DNA from: Planctomycetota bacterium
Lineage (GTDB): Bacteria; Planctomycetota; PLA2; JAEUHO01
Direction of reading: 5' to 3'
NCBI GenBank assembly: GCA_050248855.1
Contig: JBFWRP010000036.1
Location: 1-44,246, forward strand
Length of the DNA stretch: 44,246 nt
In this document: one piece after another, positions 1-9,138 of the stretch
Layout of the letters: every line of letters begins with the position of its first letter
Position numbering within the stretch: the first letter of the stretch is position 1
Notes under the pieces: generated by a model
Database searches by the model: none
Told to the model about the DNA's origin: nothing
The model's input: only the letters and a program-made list of their open reading frames with translations
Translations under genes and position numbers: made by a program

Positions 1-16
1 GCCAGCGGGAGCGTCT

Positions 17-51
17 GGCAGCCCGAAGTTGGAATCTCACCCGACTCCGTA
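17..51. repeat. Right arm of a TACGG-family REPIN-like doublet (left arm presumably outside the window)
   Basis: GGCAGCCCGAAGTTGGAATCTCACCCGACTCCGTA is nearly identical to 13331-13364. Confidence 0.8.
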
Positions 52-63
52 GGCGCCCGCCGC

Positions 64-873
64 CTACGCCCGCTTGCGACGGAACCACGACTCCAGGCAC
101 GCGCCATCGATGCCGAACGTCTCGACCAGACGCGGCACGGGATCGGCGGGCAGCCGCTCTTCCTGACGACCGTCGGTGCTCAGGATCTCGATGGAGTGCG
201 GGCGCTCGCCGTAGCGCCAGATGACGTCGCCGCGTCGACACGCGATGCGCAGGGGTAGCGTTCGACCCCGACGGAACGAGGCCAGCCACGACTGCCGGTA
301 CGTGGGTGGCGGCGCCGGAACGGGCAGCAGCGAGTACACGGCGCGTTTGCGCGCGTGCGGCCACGTGGAGCACACCGTCAACGTGACCGTCAGCGTCGCC
401 CCGCAGCGCGGCTCGAGTCCCAGCAGGCCCAGCGGGTCCTGCAGGCTGCCGCCGGGGCGCACGGGCACGGCGCCGCGGACGAGCAGCGCGGGGTCGAACA
501 GGAGCGGCGCGCCCTGCACGTACACGATGACCGCCGCGTGGGCCTGCTCCGTGACGAGGTTGTAGCCCAGCGTCGTATGCGCGTTGAGCCCTGCACCGCG
601 CAGCAGGTCCGCCAAGGCGTACGCCAGCGAGAAGCTCGTGCCGCCCAGACCGCAGAGGGCGTTGTCGCGCAGCAGGCGGTCGGTGGCCCGCGGCCACGCA
701 TCGGGCTCGTCGGGGCTCTCGGCCACGACGAGGTTGTTGCTGAGGTTCTCGTAGGGGATGCGGTCGAGGAAGGCCTCGTAGACACGAAGCGCCCGCGCGC
801 CTTCGGCGAGCGCCTCGAGGGTCGCCGCACAGAGGTCGAGGTGGCGCAGCCGGTGCTCGGTGATCACGTCCAC
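64..873 (-). CDS. Arylamine N-acetyltransferase-family protein with catalytic Cys replaced by Ser
   Basis: 3' part of ORF 64..1665. Motifs IPYENL, GGTS (normally GGxC), HAAVIV and LLFDP. Start GTG at 873 or 867 is estimated. Confidence 0.75.
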   Translation of the reverse strand: MDVITEHRLRHLDLCAATLEALAEGARALRVYEAFLDRIPYENLSNNLVVAESPDEPDAWPRATDRLLRDNALCGLGGTSFSLAYALADLLRGAGLNAHTTLGYNLVTEQAHAAVIVYVQGAPLLFDPALLVRGAVPVRPGGSLQDPLGLLGLEPRCGATLTVTLTVCSTWPHARKRAVYSLLPVPAPPPTYRQSWLASFRRGRTLPLRIACRRGDVIWRYGERPHSIEILSTDGRQEERLPADPVPRLVETFGIDGACLESWFRRKRA

Positions 874-959
874 GCGGAAGGTCCCGCGCGAGGCACCGTC
901 GGGCGATGCGGCGACCCGCACGCCCAGTGTAGCAACCGGGGCCACGCGGGTGGGCAGGC

Positions 960-1568
960 CTAGGCCCGTCGGCCGGGCCAGGGCGGGGGCCAGATCAGGA
1001 CGCGAGGCGCAAGGCGCCAGGCGACCAGCGCCAGCGTGGTCCCGATTACCATGCCGGCCAGGACGTCGGTCGGCCAATGCCTGCCGACGTACACGCGGCC
1101 CACGGCCACGAGCAGGCCATAGGGAATGGCCAGCAGGCCCAAGCGCCACGATGCCAGGACCAACGCCGTGACGAACGCTCCGACGGTGATGCCGTGGCGG
1201 CTCGGGAACGAGCGCCGCGAGCTCACGCGGTCGCGCACGGGGAAGGCCTCGGGATGCGCGGCGCAGGTGGCCAGCTCGGACTCGGAGCGCAGCCAGCGTT
1301 CGTAGGCATGCGGCGGGCGCTCGCGCGCGACCGTGGCCCAGAGCAGCGTGGCGACGAGCATCCCCACACCGAACGCCGCGGCACCGGTGAGCACGGTGCG
1401 CGCCGCGCGGCGCCCGTCGCGGCGTGCGACCAGGGACGCGGCCAGCAGGAACAGCGGGATCGCGATCGCGTCGCTCTGCACGACGCGGAACACGCCCCCG
1501 AGCACGGGGTGGTGCCACGTGCACGTGATGGCATGGATGACCGCCCGCTCGATCCCGTCCAGGGTCAT
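960..1568 (-). CDS. PAP2 / undecaprenyl-diphosphatase-like membrane phosphatase
   Basis: Motifs RERP, SFPSRH and GRVYVGRHWPTDV; hydrophobic helices; ATG at 1568 (MTLDGIER). Confidence 0.9.
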   Translation of the reverse strand: MTLDGIERAVIHAITCTWHHPVLGGVFRVVQSDAIAIPLFLLAASLVARRDGRRAARTVLTGAAAFGVGMLVATLLWATVARERPPHAYERWLRSESELATCAAHPEAFPVRDRVSSRRSFPSRHGITVGAFVTALVLASWRLGLLAIPYGLLVAVGRVYVGRHWPTDVLAGMVIGTTLALVAWRLAPRVLIWPPPWPGRRA

Positions 1569-1594
1569 GCGAGGAAGTGTACGAAGCCGGGTGT

Positions 1595-2045
1595 CGCGAC
1601 CCCGGATGTGTCTGGACCCTTGCCGCGGAGCGGCGCAGCCGCGACGTGGGCAAGGTGCCTGACACGTAGGGGTCGCGATGCGCCGGCCAGCGAACCCGGA
1701 TGTGTCAGGACCCTTGCCGCGGAGCGGCGCAGCCGCGACGTGGGCAAGGTGCCTGACACGTAGGGGTCGCGGTTCGCCGGCCGGCGAACGTCGCACTTCG
1801 GTGTCTGACACCGTGCCACCGTCGCTTCGCTCCGAGGCACAGGTTCAGACACCTCCGCGCGCCTCGCGATTCGACCACGGGCGAACGTCGCACTCGGGTG
1901 TCTGGTCACTCCACGCTCGTTCCGCGCTACCGCGCGGACTCGGCGCTCGGGCTACGCCCTCGCGGCAGGAGGGCTATTCCGTACCCCTCCTGCACCTCTC
2001 ACGGTGCTCCGAGGCACAGGTTCAGACACCTCCGCGCGCTTCGCG
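1595..2045 (+). repeat. Modular REP/BIME-like cluster 1 (A-A-L-B-L-C-half B)
   Basis: A hairpin CGCGACCCCGGATGTGTC(T/A)GG...CCTGACACGTAGGGGTCGCG at 1595 and 1695; L palindrome GTTCGCCGGCCGGCGAAC; B GGTGTCTGACACC...GGTTCAGACACC; C module from 1897. All recur near 9.1, 21.6 and 24.1 kb. Confidence 0.9.
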
Positions 2046-2094
2046 ATGCGACCCCGAGCGAAGCGCAAGGGATGTCGTTCCGCGCGCGCGAGGG

Positions 2095-3993
2095 CTAGCG
2101 AAAGCGCACGCCGATGGTGGTGCCCTTGCCGGGCTCGCTGACGACGACGACGCGGGCGCGGTGGGCGTCGGCGTAGCGCTTGACGAGGGCCAAGCCGATG
2201 CCGACGCCCGCCGTGTCGCGCGTCAGCTCACCTTCGGCGCGCTGGAAAGGTCGGAACAGGTCGCGGCGGATCTCGGGATCGATGCCCGGCCCGCGGTCCG
2301 CCACGCTGACCACCGTGCGCTCGCCGTCGCGCGCCACTCGCACACGCACGGTCTTGTCCTCGCCGCGCGCCCCGTACTTGATCGCGTTGTCGACGAGGTT
2401 CAGCACGAGGGGCTTCACCAAGCGCGGGTCGAACACCACCGGCGGCAACCCGGCCTCGATGTCGAGCTGCAGCGTGACGCCTTGCTGCTGGGCGCGGGGC
2501 AGCATCAAGCCAACCGCCTCTTCCACGGCGGCGCCCAGGTCGCCGGGCCGTGCATGCACCTGGGCCACGCCCCGCTCGAGGGCAGCGAGATCGAGCACCT
2601 GGTCCACGAGGTGGCCCAGCCGCTCGCTCTCGCCCAGGATGCGCGACGCGTACCGATCGGCGGCGTCCGGGCTGCTCACCCAACCCTCCTTGAGCATCTC
2701 CGCGTACATGCGGATGCCCGTGAGCGGGGTCTTGAGCTCGTGCGTGACCGCGGCCACGAAGTCCTCCTTGCGGCGGACGAGCGCGCGCTCGCGCCGCAGC
2801 ATGCGCACGAGCAGCACGAAGCCGCCCGCAACGAGCGCCGCCAGTCCGGCGAGCTGCAGCAGGAAGCGGTCGCGCATCTTCGCCCACTGCTGCTCGATGG
2901 CGCCCGGGGCCACGCGGGCGCCGAACAGCAGCTCGTCGTCGCCCGGGGCCACCAGCGACCCGCGCGGCCCTCCCTTGCCCGGCATGCGGACGGGCGCCGC
3001 CGACTCGGCGCCGAGGAGCGCGGCGAGGTCGCGGCGCACGATCGCGGGCGGCGTACCGTCCAGCAGCGCGCCGCCGCCGATCTCGATGTCGCCCTCCGCT
3101 TCCCAGCGGCTCGGCAGGCGGCTGGAGATGTCCACCGCCAGCCCTTGCACGATCCAGCGATCGGCGTGGACCTCACGGCGGTCGGCGAAGTCGGCGGGCA
3201 CGTGCACCAAGCGCCAGGCCAGGAAGTGCGGCGCGTCGGATCCCGCCGGGCGGGCCAGCCAGCGCATGGGCGTGAGTCGTACCTCGATCTCTTCCCCGCC
3301 TCGCGTGCGGCGCTCGAAGGAGTCGATGTAGGGCGTCGCCGTGGAGGGCTCGAGGCGCTGCTGGACGTTGGCCAGCTGCCGGGTCGCCCCCCGCTGGTTG
3401 AGGTCGAGAAGCTCCTCGATGAGCTGTCCGCGCTCCTCGTTGGCGGCGATGTAGCGCAGGGGGTAGCGGCGCACGATGGCGCCACGACCGCTCAGGGCCA
3501 CGTCGTGCGGCGCGTGTTCCAGGCGCGCGACGAGATCGGCCCCGAACCCGGCGGCGAGCTGATCGGCGAGGGTCACGTCCCCGGGCGGGAACACGTCCGG
3601 GCGCTCCCCCATCGGCAACCCGCCCAGCAGCTCCCACTGGAACCACCCGCGCACGAGCGGCTCGGCGGCCGACGGCCTGAGCGGCGAGGCCTGGAACGCC
3701 AGCGCCATCTCGTCCAACGACCGGGGCAGGACCTCGTCCTGCCAGTCCGTGAAGTCGCGGAGGCTCTCGCGAGCGCGCACGCGCTCCAGGGCGTCCACCA
3801 GGCCCGCCAGGCGCCGGTCGAGAGCGGCTTCCGCCAAGCGCTCCACCTCCACGGTGCGCACGGCGTGCTCGCGGCGCACGCTGCGCCAGCCCAGCGCCGA
3901 GAACCCGATGGCGGGGGTCACGAGGACGAGGGCGACGACCCAGGCAGCGCGCGGGACGCCGAGGCGGCGGGCGCGACCTACCCGCCGCCCCAC
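2095..3993 (-). CDS. Membrane sensor histidine kinase (HisKA + HATPase_c)
   Basis: H-box VTHELKTPL, N-box NLVDNAIKY, G1 DRGPGI, G2 GVGIGLAL; two TM segments flank a large extracytoplasmic domain. Confidence 0.95.
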   Translation of the reverse strand: MGRRVGRARRLGVPRAAWVVALVLVTPAIGFSALGWRSVRREHAVRTVEVERLAEAALDRRLAGLVDALERVRARESLRDFTDWQDEVLPRSLDEMALAFQASPLRPSAAEPLVRGWFQWELLGGLPMGERPDVFPPGDVTLADQLAAGFGADLVARLEHAPHDVALSGRGAIVRRYPLRYIAANEERGQLIEELLDLNQRGATRQLANVQQRLEPSTATPYIDSFERRTRGGEEIEVRLTPMRWLARPAGSDAPHFLAWRLVHVPADFADRREVHADRWIVQGLAVDISSRLPSRWEAEGDIEIGGGALLDGTPPAIVRRDLAALLGAESAAPVRMPGKGGPRGSLVAPGDDELLFGARVAPGAIEQQWAKMRDRFLLQLAGLAALVAGGFVLLVRMLRRERALVRRKEDFVAAVTHELKTPLTGIRMYAEMLKEGWVSSPDAADRYASRILGESERLGHLVDQVLDLAALERGVAQVHARPGDLGAAVEEAVGLMLPRAQQQGVTLQLDIEAGLPPVVFDPRLVKPLVLNLVDNAIKYGARGEDKTVRVRVARDGERTVVSVADRGPGIDPEIRRDLFRPFQRAEGELTRDTAGVGIGLALVKRYADAHRARVVVVSEPGKGTTIGVRFR

Positions 3994-4673
3994 CGGTAGC
4001 CCTTCCCGCGCACCGTGAGGATGAGACGCGGTTCGGCGGAGCCCTCGATCTTGCGACGAAGCGCGGCCAGCGTGTTGTCGACGGTTCGCGTCTCGACGGT
4101 GGCCGTGGGGTAGCGCCAGACGTCGAGCAGGAAGGCTTCGCGCGTGACGACGTTGCCTTGCTTGCTGCGCAAGTAGGCGATGATCTCGCCCTCGCGCGGC
4201 GTCAGGACGATCTCCTCGCCGTCCTTGGACACCACCAGACGACCGAGGTCGAAGCGCATGCCGTCGGCCTCGAACACGTCGCCCTCGTGACGCTCCCTAC
4301 GCGTGCGACGGATCTGGGCCGCCACGCGCGCGACCAGCTCCCGCAGGGCGAACGGCTTGGTCACGTAGTCGTCGGCACCCGTCTCGAGACCGCGCACGCG
4401 ATCCTCTTCCGCGCCCTTCGCCGTGAGCAGGATCGTGGGCACCGTGCGCCCCGCGGCCCGCAGCCGGCGCAGCACCTCGAACCCGTCCAAGCGCGGCAGC
4501 ATCACGTCCAGCAGCATCACGTCGTAGCCACGACGCATGGCCAGGTCGAAGCCCCGCTCGCCGTCGTCCGCGACATCCACGGCATACCCCTGGAACGCCA
4601 AGGCCTCGGCCAAGCCCTCGGCGAGAGCCGGCTCGTCCTCGACCACCAAGACGCGCGGTTGGTCCATCGTCAC
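3978..4673 (-). CDS. OmpR/PhoB-family response regulator
   Basis: VLVVEDE, LLDVMLP, LTAK, DDYVTKPF and winged-helix end LILTVRGKGYR; AGGAG RBS 7 nt before GTG. Confidence 0.95.
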   Translation of the reverse strand: MTMDQPRVLVVEDEPALAEGLAEALAFQGYAVDVADDGERGFDLAMRRGYDVMLLDVMLPRLDGFEVLRRLRAAGRTVPTILLTAKGAEEDRVRGLETGADDYVTKPFALRELVARVAAQIRRTRRERHEGDVFEADGMRFDLGRLVVSKDGEEIVLTPREGEIIAYLRSKQGNVVTREAFLLDVWRYPTATVETRTVDNTLAALRRKIEGSAEPRLILTVRGKGYRWGGG

Positions 4674-4687
4674 GACATGGCTCCTGG

Positions 4688-4902
4688 CCCGGATGTTTCA
4701 TGAAGCGCGCGGCAGGATTCGCCCAAGGGGTGTGCGGACAACGGCTTGCAGCTGCTTGGCAGCGTACCGCCAAGCCACGGCGCGTCCTCGCGCCGCCATC
4801 GCGCCCGATGTCGCAGCCGTCGCGGGACGTCGATGCTGGACCCGTCTGCGGCGAGCGACGGCAGGGCCGCGCGATGCAACCTGTGTTCATGGAACATCCG
4901 GG
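4688..4902. mobile_element. 215-bp MITE-like non-autonomous element (possibly IS1380-like ends)
   Basis: 17-bp terminal inverted repeats CCCGGATGTT(T/C)CATGAA at 4688-4704 and 4886-4902 (16/17 match); flanks CTGG / CTAG resemble a 4-bp target duplication; no coding capacity. Confidence 0.7.
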
Positions 4903-7089
4903 CTAGTCCACCGCCACCTGCACGACGCGGCCTCGCCAGACCAGGAGGATCGGGCCCTCGAGGGCGAACAGATCCACGCCCTCGGGCCCCAGCTCGTCGA
5001 GGAGCTCGATGAACGCCGGGGTCCCCGGGCGCACGGTCTCGATGTCGTCGTAGCTGGCGACGGCTCCTTCGACCCAGCCCTGGCCGGTGCGCAGGAAGAA
5101 CGTGCGCCCACCGCGCTGGCGAACGCCTGCGAGACGCACGACCTCGAGGTCGCGGCCGTCGGGCGTGCCCGCCACGAGCGGCACGTCGTCGGGGGCCACG
5201 CGCTGTGCGCCACGACGCAGCTGGTTGCCCCGGGCCTGCGCCATGGCCGAGGCGCCGCTCGTGAGCCGGCGCAGCTCGACGAGCAGCTCATGGGCGCGTA
5301 CCGCATGGTCTTCGGTGCGGCCGGGGGGAGGTGCGTCGGGATCGGCGAGCGACGCCGTGTACTCCGTGACCGCCCCGTAGAGCGCTCCGAGGCGAACGAG
5401 GTCCTCGAGCAGCTTCGGGTCGTCGCTGCCGTCCAGGCGCATGCGGTCGACGAGGTGCGCCGCGCTGCGCACCGCCGCGACGCGCTCGATCACATCGAGC
5501 CCGAGGCCCTGCGTCCGCTCGGCGGCCTGATGGAGCTGATGGCGCTCGCGGCGCGTCACGCCCTCCCGACCGCGCAACACGACATCGGCAACGCCGGGCT
5601 TCCCGTAGCGCCCGAGCAACACCACGGGCTCGCCGAGTACCAGATCGGGCAGCCGGTCGGGTGGGGGCTCGACCCCACGGGCCTCGATCGCCGACAGGTC
5701 CACGTCGGGCTCGGCGAGCCACACCTGGCCGAGCCGGGCGACCACGCGCTCCAGGGCCTCGCCCACGTCCTCGCGAGGGGACACCGTGACCGGCGTGCCG
5801 CGGGAGGCCAGCGCCAAGCGGTCCAGCAGGGCGCTGGGGGCGTCGACGCCGACCGCCACCGTGTGCACGGATGCCGGGGGCTCGCCGAGCAGGCGCGCGG
5901 CGTCGGCGAGCAGCTGGCTTGCGTCCACGTCGCCCGGCGTGGGACGGCCGTCCGTCACCACGACGACCTGCGTCACGTGGTCCGCTGTGCGCGGCGCCGT
6001 GAGGGCCACGTCCAGGGCGGCCGCCAGATCGCCGCCCCCGGAGGGGCGGAGGCGACCGAGCCAGGCGAGCGCCTCGCTCCTCACGGCGTCGTCGACGGCA
6101 GCGGGGGATTCCGGCCACCGCAGCACCTCGCTGCCATACGCCACGAGCATCAGCCGGTCGCGCTCGCGCAGATCGGGCAGCAGCCGCTCCACGGCGCGGC
6201 GCACGAGCTCCAGCGAGCGCCGCATCGAGGCCGTGGCATCGAGCACCAAGATCAGCGTCCGCGCCAGCGGCACCGGCGGGCGTGCCACGGCAGGCTCCGG
6301 CGGTGGCGGTGCGACCACGCAGGCGAACCAGCCGGTCGGCGATCCGCGGGGCCAGTGCGTGGCGAGCAGCGTGCTGCCACCGGGGCCCCCATCGCCCCAG
6401 GCCAGGACGAACGGCGCGGCCCGCTCGTCGACCCGTCCCGTGTGGGCGGCCACGACGTGCGCCGCGCCCTGGCGCGTGAACACGACGTCGGCCGTCGGTG
6501 ACCACAAGGGGCCGTCGGCCTCGGGGCCGATGATCTCGACGCGCACGTGCAGTGCGGCCGTGCCCGCGATGCAGCCCGCACGATGGATGAACGACCGGAC
6601 GCCGCCAGCCGGCACGAGCTTCACGTCGCGGCGCACCTCGACCGTGCGCTGACGGGGACTTGCGACTGCACCCAGGGAGGCGACGAGCAGGTCGCGCCCC
6701 CACAGGCAGGCGAGATCACGACGACGCGTGCGAGCCATCGCATCCAACAACCACGGGCGCGCGTCCGGGCCCGCCAGCAGCCGGGTCCGCAACGGCTCGC
6801 CATCGACGAGGATGCGCACGTCGTGGCTGCTCGCACCCGGCTCGAGGGGAAGGACGTACTCGAGGCCGCCGGTGCGCGGCACGATGCCGCCGAAGACTTG
6901 GCGGACGGTGACCTGGGCCAGGGCACCGCTCACGCGCACGTCGACCTCCTCCCGCTCCAAGCGCGCCCCCGGGGCGCCCAGCGGGACCTGGCCCGCGGGC
7001 ACGATGCAGCCCGAGTCCGCCCACGCCCGCGCGGGCGCCAACAGCGCGGCGGCAGCGAGGAGGGCGAGGGGGATCGCGCGAGCGGTCAT
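4903..7089 (-). CDS. Secreted VIT + vWA domain protein
   Basis: Signal peptide MTARAIPLALLAAAALLAPARAWA; VIT-like VDVRVSGALAQVTVRQVF; vWA motifs LVLDATASM, VVVTDGRP and VHTVAVG. Confidence 0.85.
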   Translation of the reverse strand: MTARAIPLALLAAAALLAPARAWADSGCIVPAGQVPLGAPGARLEREEVDVRVSGALAQVTVRQVFGGIVPRTGGLEYVLPLEPGASSHDVRILVDGEPLRTRLLAGPDARPWLLDAMARTRRRDLACLWGRDLLVASLGAVASPRQRTVEVRRDVKLVPAGGVRSFIHRAGCIAGTAALHVRVEIIGPEADGPLWSPTADVVFTRQGAAHVVAAHTGRVDERAAPFVLAWGDGGPGGSTLLATHWPRGSPTGWFACVVAPPPPEPAVARPPVPLARTLILVLDATASMRRSLELVRRAVERLLPDLRERDRLMLVAYGSEVLRWPESPAAVDDAVRSEALAWLGRLRPSGGGDLAAALDVALTAPRTADHVTQVVVVTDGRPTPGDVDASQLLADAARLLGEPPASVHTVAVGVDAPSALLDRLALASRGTPVTVSPREDVGEALERVVARLGQVWLAEPDVDLSAIEARGVEPPPDRLPDLVLGEPVVLLGRYGKPGVADVVLRGREGVTRRERHQLHQAAERTQGLGLDVIERVAAVRSAAHLVDRMRLDGSDDPKLLEDLVRLGALYGAVTEYTASLADPDAPPPGRTEDHAVRAHELLVELRRLTSGASAMAQARGNQLRRGAQRVAPDDVPLVAGTPDGRDLEVVRLAGVRQRGGRTFFLRTGQGWVEGAVASYDDIETVRPGTPAFIELLDELGPEGVDLFALEGPILLVWRGRVVQVAVD

Positions 7090-7184
7090 GACGCCTGGGC
7101 CTCCATGCGTGCATTGAACGCCAACCGGACACGCCGGCCCGCTCCCCACGCACGTCCCAGGCAAAAAACCGCCCGGGCGGCCCG

Positions 7185-7222
7185 CGCAGGGGTCGCGATC
7201 CACCGGCCGGCGAGCGTCGCAC
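7185..7222 (+). repeat. Solo degenerate fragment (A 3' end + L) of the modular repeat family
   Basis: CGCAGGGGTCGCGATCCACCGGCCGGCGAGCGTCGCAC versus consensus CGCAGGGGTCGCGGTTCGCCGGCCGGCGAACGTCGCAC. Confidence 0.7.
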
Positions 7223-7228
7223 GCCTCC

Positions 7229-7360
7229 CTACTCGGAGGGGAACCAGCGCTCCCAGACGTCGGCGGTCGAAAGGGCGATCAGGGCCAGGGTGAGCACGAC
7301 GAGCACCAGCAGGATCACGATCTCCTTCGTGCGGATGCGCGGGGGCGGCGTCTCGTCCAT
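7229..7360 (-). CDS. 43-aa single-pass membrane protein
   Basis: MDETPPPRIRTKEIVILLVLVVLTLALIALSTADVWERWFPSE; GGAGG RBS; ATG overlaps the dtd stop (TGATG). Confidence 0.65.
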   Translation of the reverse strand: MDETPPPRIRTKEIVILLVLVVLTLALIALSTADVWERWFPSE

Positions 7361-7854
7361 CACGCCTCCCTGCCGGCCTCGGCCCTGGACGGGCCACCTG
7401 GCGTGACGACGCGACCGCCGTGGACCTCGAGAACGAACGTGACCGGACCGTCGTTGACCAGGGCGACCTGCATGTCGGCCCCGAACCGGCCGGTGGCCAC
7501 GGTCAGGCCCGCAGTGCGAAGCGCCTCGGCCACGACGTCCACGAGACACGCGGCTGCGTCGGGCGACTCCGCGCGATCGAACCCCGGGCGGTTGCCCTTG
7601 CGGAGCGAGGCCAGCAGCGTGAACTGGCTCACGACGAGACAGGCGCCGCCGACTTCCGCCAACGTGCGGTCCATCGGCGTACGACCCGGGAAGAAGCGCA
7701 GCGCTGCAACCTTCCTCGCCGTGGCCTCGGCATCGGCCACGCCATCCCCCTTCTCGACGCCGACCAGCAACAGGGCCCCGCGCTCGATGGAACCGACCAC
7801 CTCGTCCACGACGCGCACGGAGGCGCTGGTCACACGCTGGACGACGGTCCGCAT
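7360..7854 (-). CDS. dtd: D-aminoacyl-tRNA deacylase
   Basis: MRTVVQRV, VSQFTL, KGNRP, TGRFGADMQVALVNDGPVT. Confidence 0.95.
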   Translation of the reverse strand: MRTVVQRVTSASVRVVDEVVGSIERGALLLVGVEKGDGVADAEATARKVAALRFFPGRTPMDRTLAEVGGACLVVSQFTLLASLRKGNRPGFDRAESPDAAACLVDVVAEALRTAGLTVATGRFGADMQVALVNDGPVTFVLEVHGGRVVTPGGPSRAEAGREA

Positions 7855-7933
7855 GGGCCCAGCGTACGCCTGGCCCACCGCAACCTGCAGCGCGGCCCCG
7901 GGGCGCCGGGACGGCAGGGGGTAGACTCCCCGC

Positions 7934-9133
7934 GTGCTGCCGACGACGCCTCCCCCCCCTCCGTCCGGTCCCGGTCTCGCCGCCGGAACCGTCACCCGTC
8001 GCGAGATCGAGGCCCGCGAGGACGCCCAGCTGGCGCCCTACGCGATGCGCAGCCAGGACAGCGCGGGGCGCGTCCACGACGAGCCCGAGCACGACTACCG
8101 CACGGCCTACATGCGGGACCGCGACCGCATCATCCACGCCTCGGCCTTCCGCAAGCTCGAGTACAAGACGCAGGTCTTCGTCAACCACGAAGGCGACTAC
8201 TACCGCACGCGCCTCACGCACACGATGGAGGTCGCGCAGATTGCGCGCACGGCCGCCCGCGCCCTGCGGCTCAACGAAGACCTCACCGAGTCCATCGCGC
8301 TGGGCCACGACCTCGGGCACGGTCCCTTCGGTCACAAGGGCGAGTACGTCCTGCAGGAGCTGATGGCCGAGCACGGCGGGTTCGAGCACAACGAGCACGG
8401 GCTGCGCGTGGTGGACCACCTCGAGCTGCGCTACCCCCGTTGGCGCGGCCTCAACCTGACGTACGAGGTGCGCGAGGCCTTCGCCCGGCACAGCCCGCGC
8501 GATCTCTCCGCCCACGGCTTCCCGCAGGGACAACAGCCGCTGCTCGAAGCCCAGCTGGTGGATGTCTGCGACTCGCTCACGTACCTGGCGCACGACTGCG
8601 ACGACGGCGTGACGTCGGGCATCGTCACCACGCTCGACCTGTGCGACGTGGAGCTCTGGCGGGGCCACTGGCAGCACGTCGTGCGCACCGAGCCCGAGCT
8701 GTCCCACGAGCGCAAGGCCCTGCTGACGGTCAAGCGCATGATCGACCACGCCGTGGGCGATCTCGTCCAGAGCACGTGGGACCGCATCGCGGCCGCGGGC
8801 GTCACGAGCCCGCAGGGCGTCCGGGACCACGGGAGCCTGCTGGTGGGGTTCAGCAAGGACATGCACCGCATGCAGCGGCACCTGTCCCACTACCTCCACG
8901 AGCACTTCTACTGCCATCCGCGCCTGATGAAGATGGGCACCAAGGCCCGGCGCATCCTGATGGAGCTGTTCTCCGCCTACCAGCGCGAGCCGCGCATGCT
9001 CGACCACGTGACGCGCGGCTGGGTGGACGAAGTCGGCTTGGAGCGTGCCATCTGCGACCGGATCGCCTCGATGAGCGACCGCGAAGCCCAGGAAGAGCAC
9101 GCGCGGCTGTTCTCGCCGTTCGAGAGGATCTAG
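7934..9133 (+). CDS. dgt: Deoxyguanosinetriphosphate triphosphohydrolase (HD domain)
   Basis: RDRDRIIHASAFRKLEYKTQVF, RTRLTHT, GHDLGHGPFGHKGE, FEHNE, GLNLTYEV. Confidence 0.95.
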   Translation: MLPTTPPPPPSGPGLAAGTVTRREIEAREDAQLAPYAMRSQDSAGRVHDEPEHDYRTAYMRDRDRIIHASAFRKLEYKTQVFVNHEGDYYRTRLTHTMEVAQIARTAARALRLNEDLTESIALGHDLGHGPFGHKGEYVLQELMAEHGGFEHNEHGLRVVDHLELRYPRWRGLNLTYEVREAFARHSPRDLSAHGFPQGQQPLLEAQLVDVCDSLTYLAHDCDDGVTSGIVTTLDLCDVELWRGHWQHVVRTEPELSHERKALLTVKRMIDHAVGDLVQSTWDRIAAAGVTSPQGVRDHGSLLVGFSKDMHRMQRHLSHYLHEHFYCHPRLMKMGTKARRILMELFSAYQREPRMLDHVTRGWVDEVGLERAICDRIASMSDREAQEEHARLFSPFERI

Positions 9134-9138
9134 AGCGC

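Noticed and set aside
874..1665. N-terminal extensions given by the ORF track (NAT, PAP2, lnt, FAD subunit, BtuF-like, porins P1-P3)
   Set aside because: They overlap neighbouring genes or repeats; starts were reset using RBS, coupling overlaps and family N-termini.
1595..2045. Integron attC sites or CRISPR repeats for the modular clusters
   Set aside because: No RYYYAAC/GTTRRRY core sites, no integrase, no cassette ORFs or unique spacers between modules.
4670..4678. ATG-TCG-TGA mini-ORF overlapping the regulator start
   Set aside because: Only 2 nt from the AGGAG RBS, whereas the GTG has normal 7-nt spacing; likely chance.
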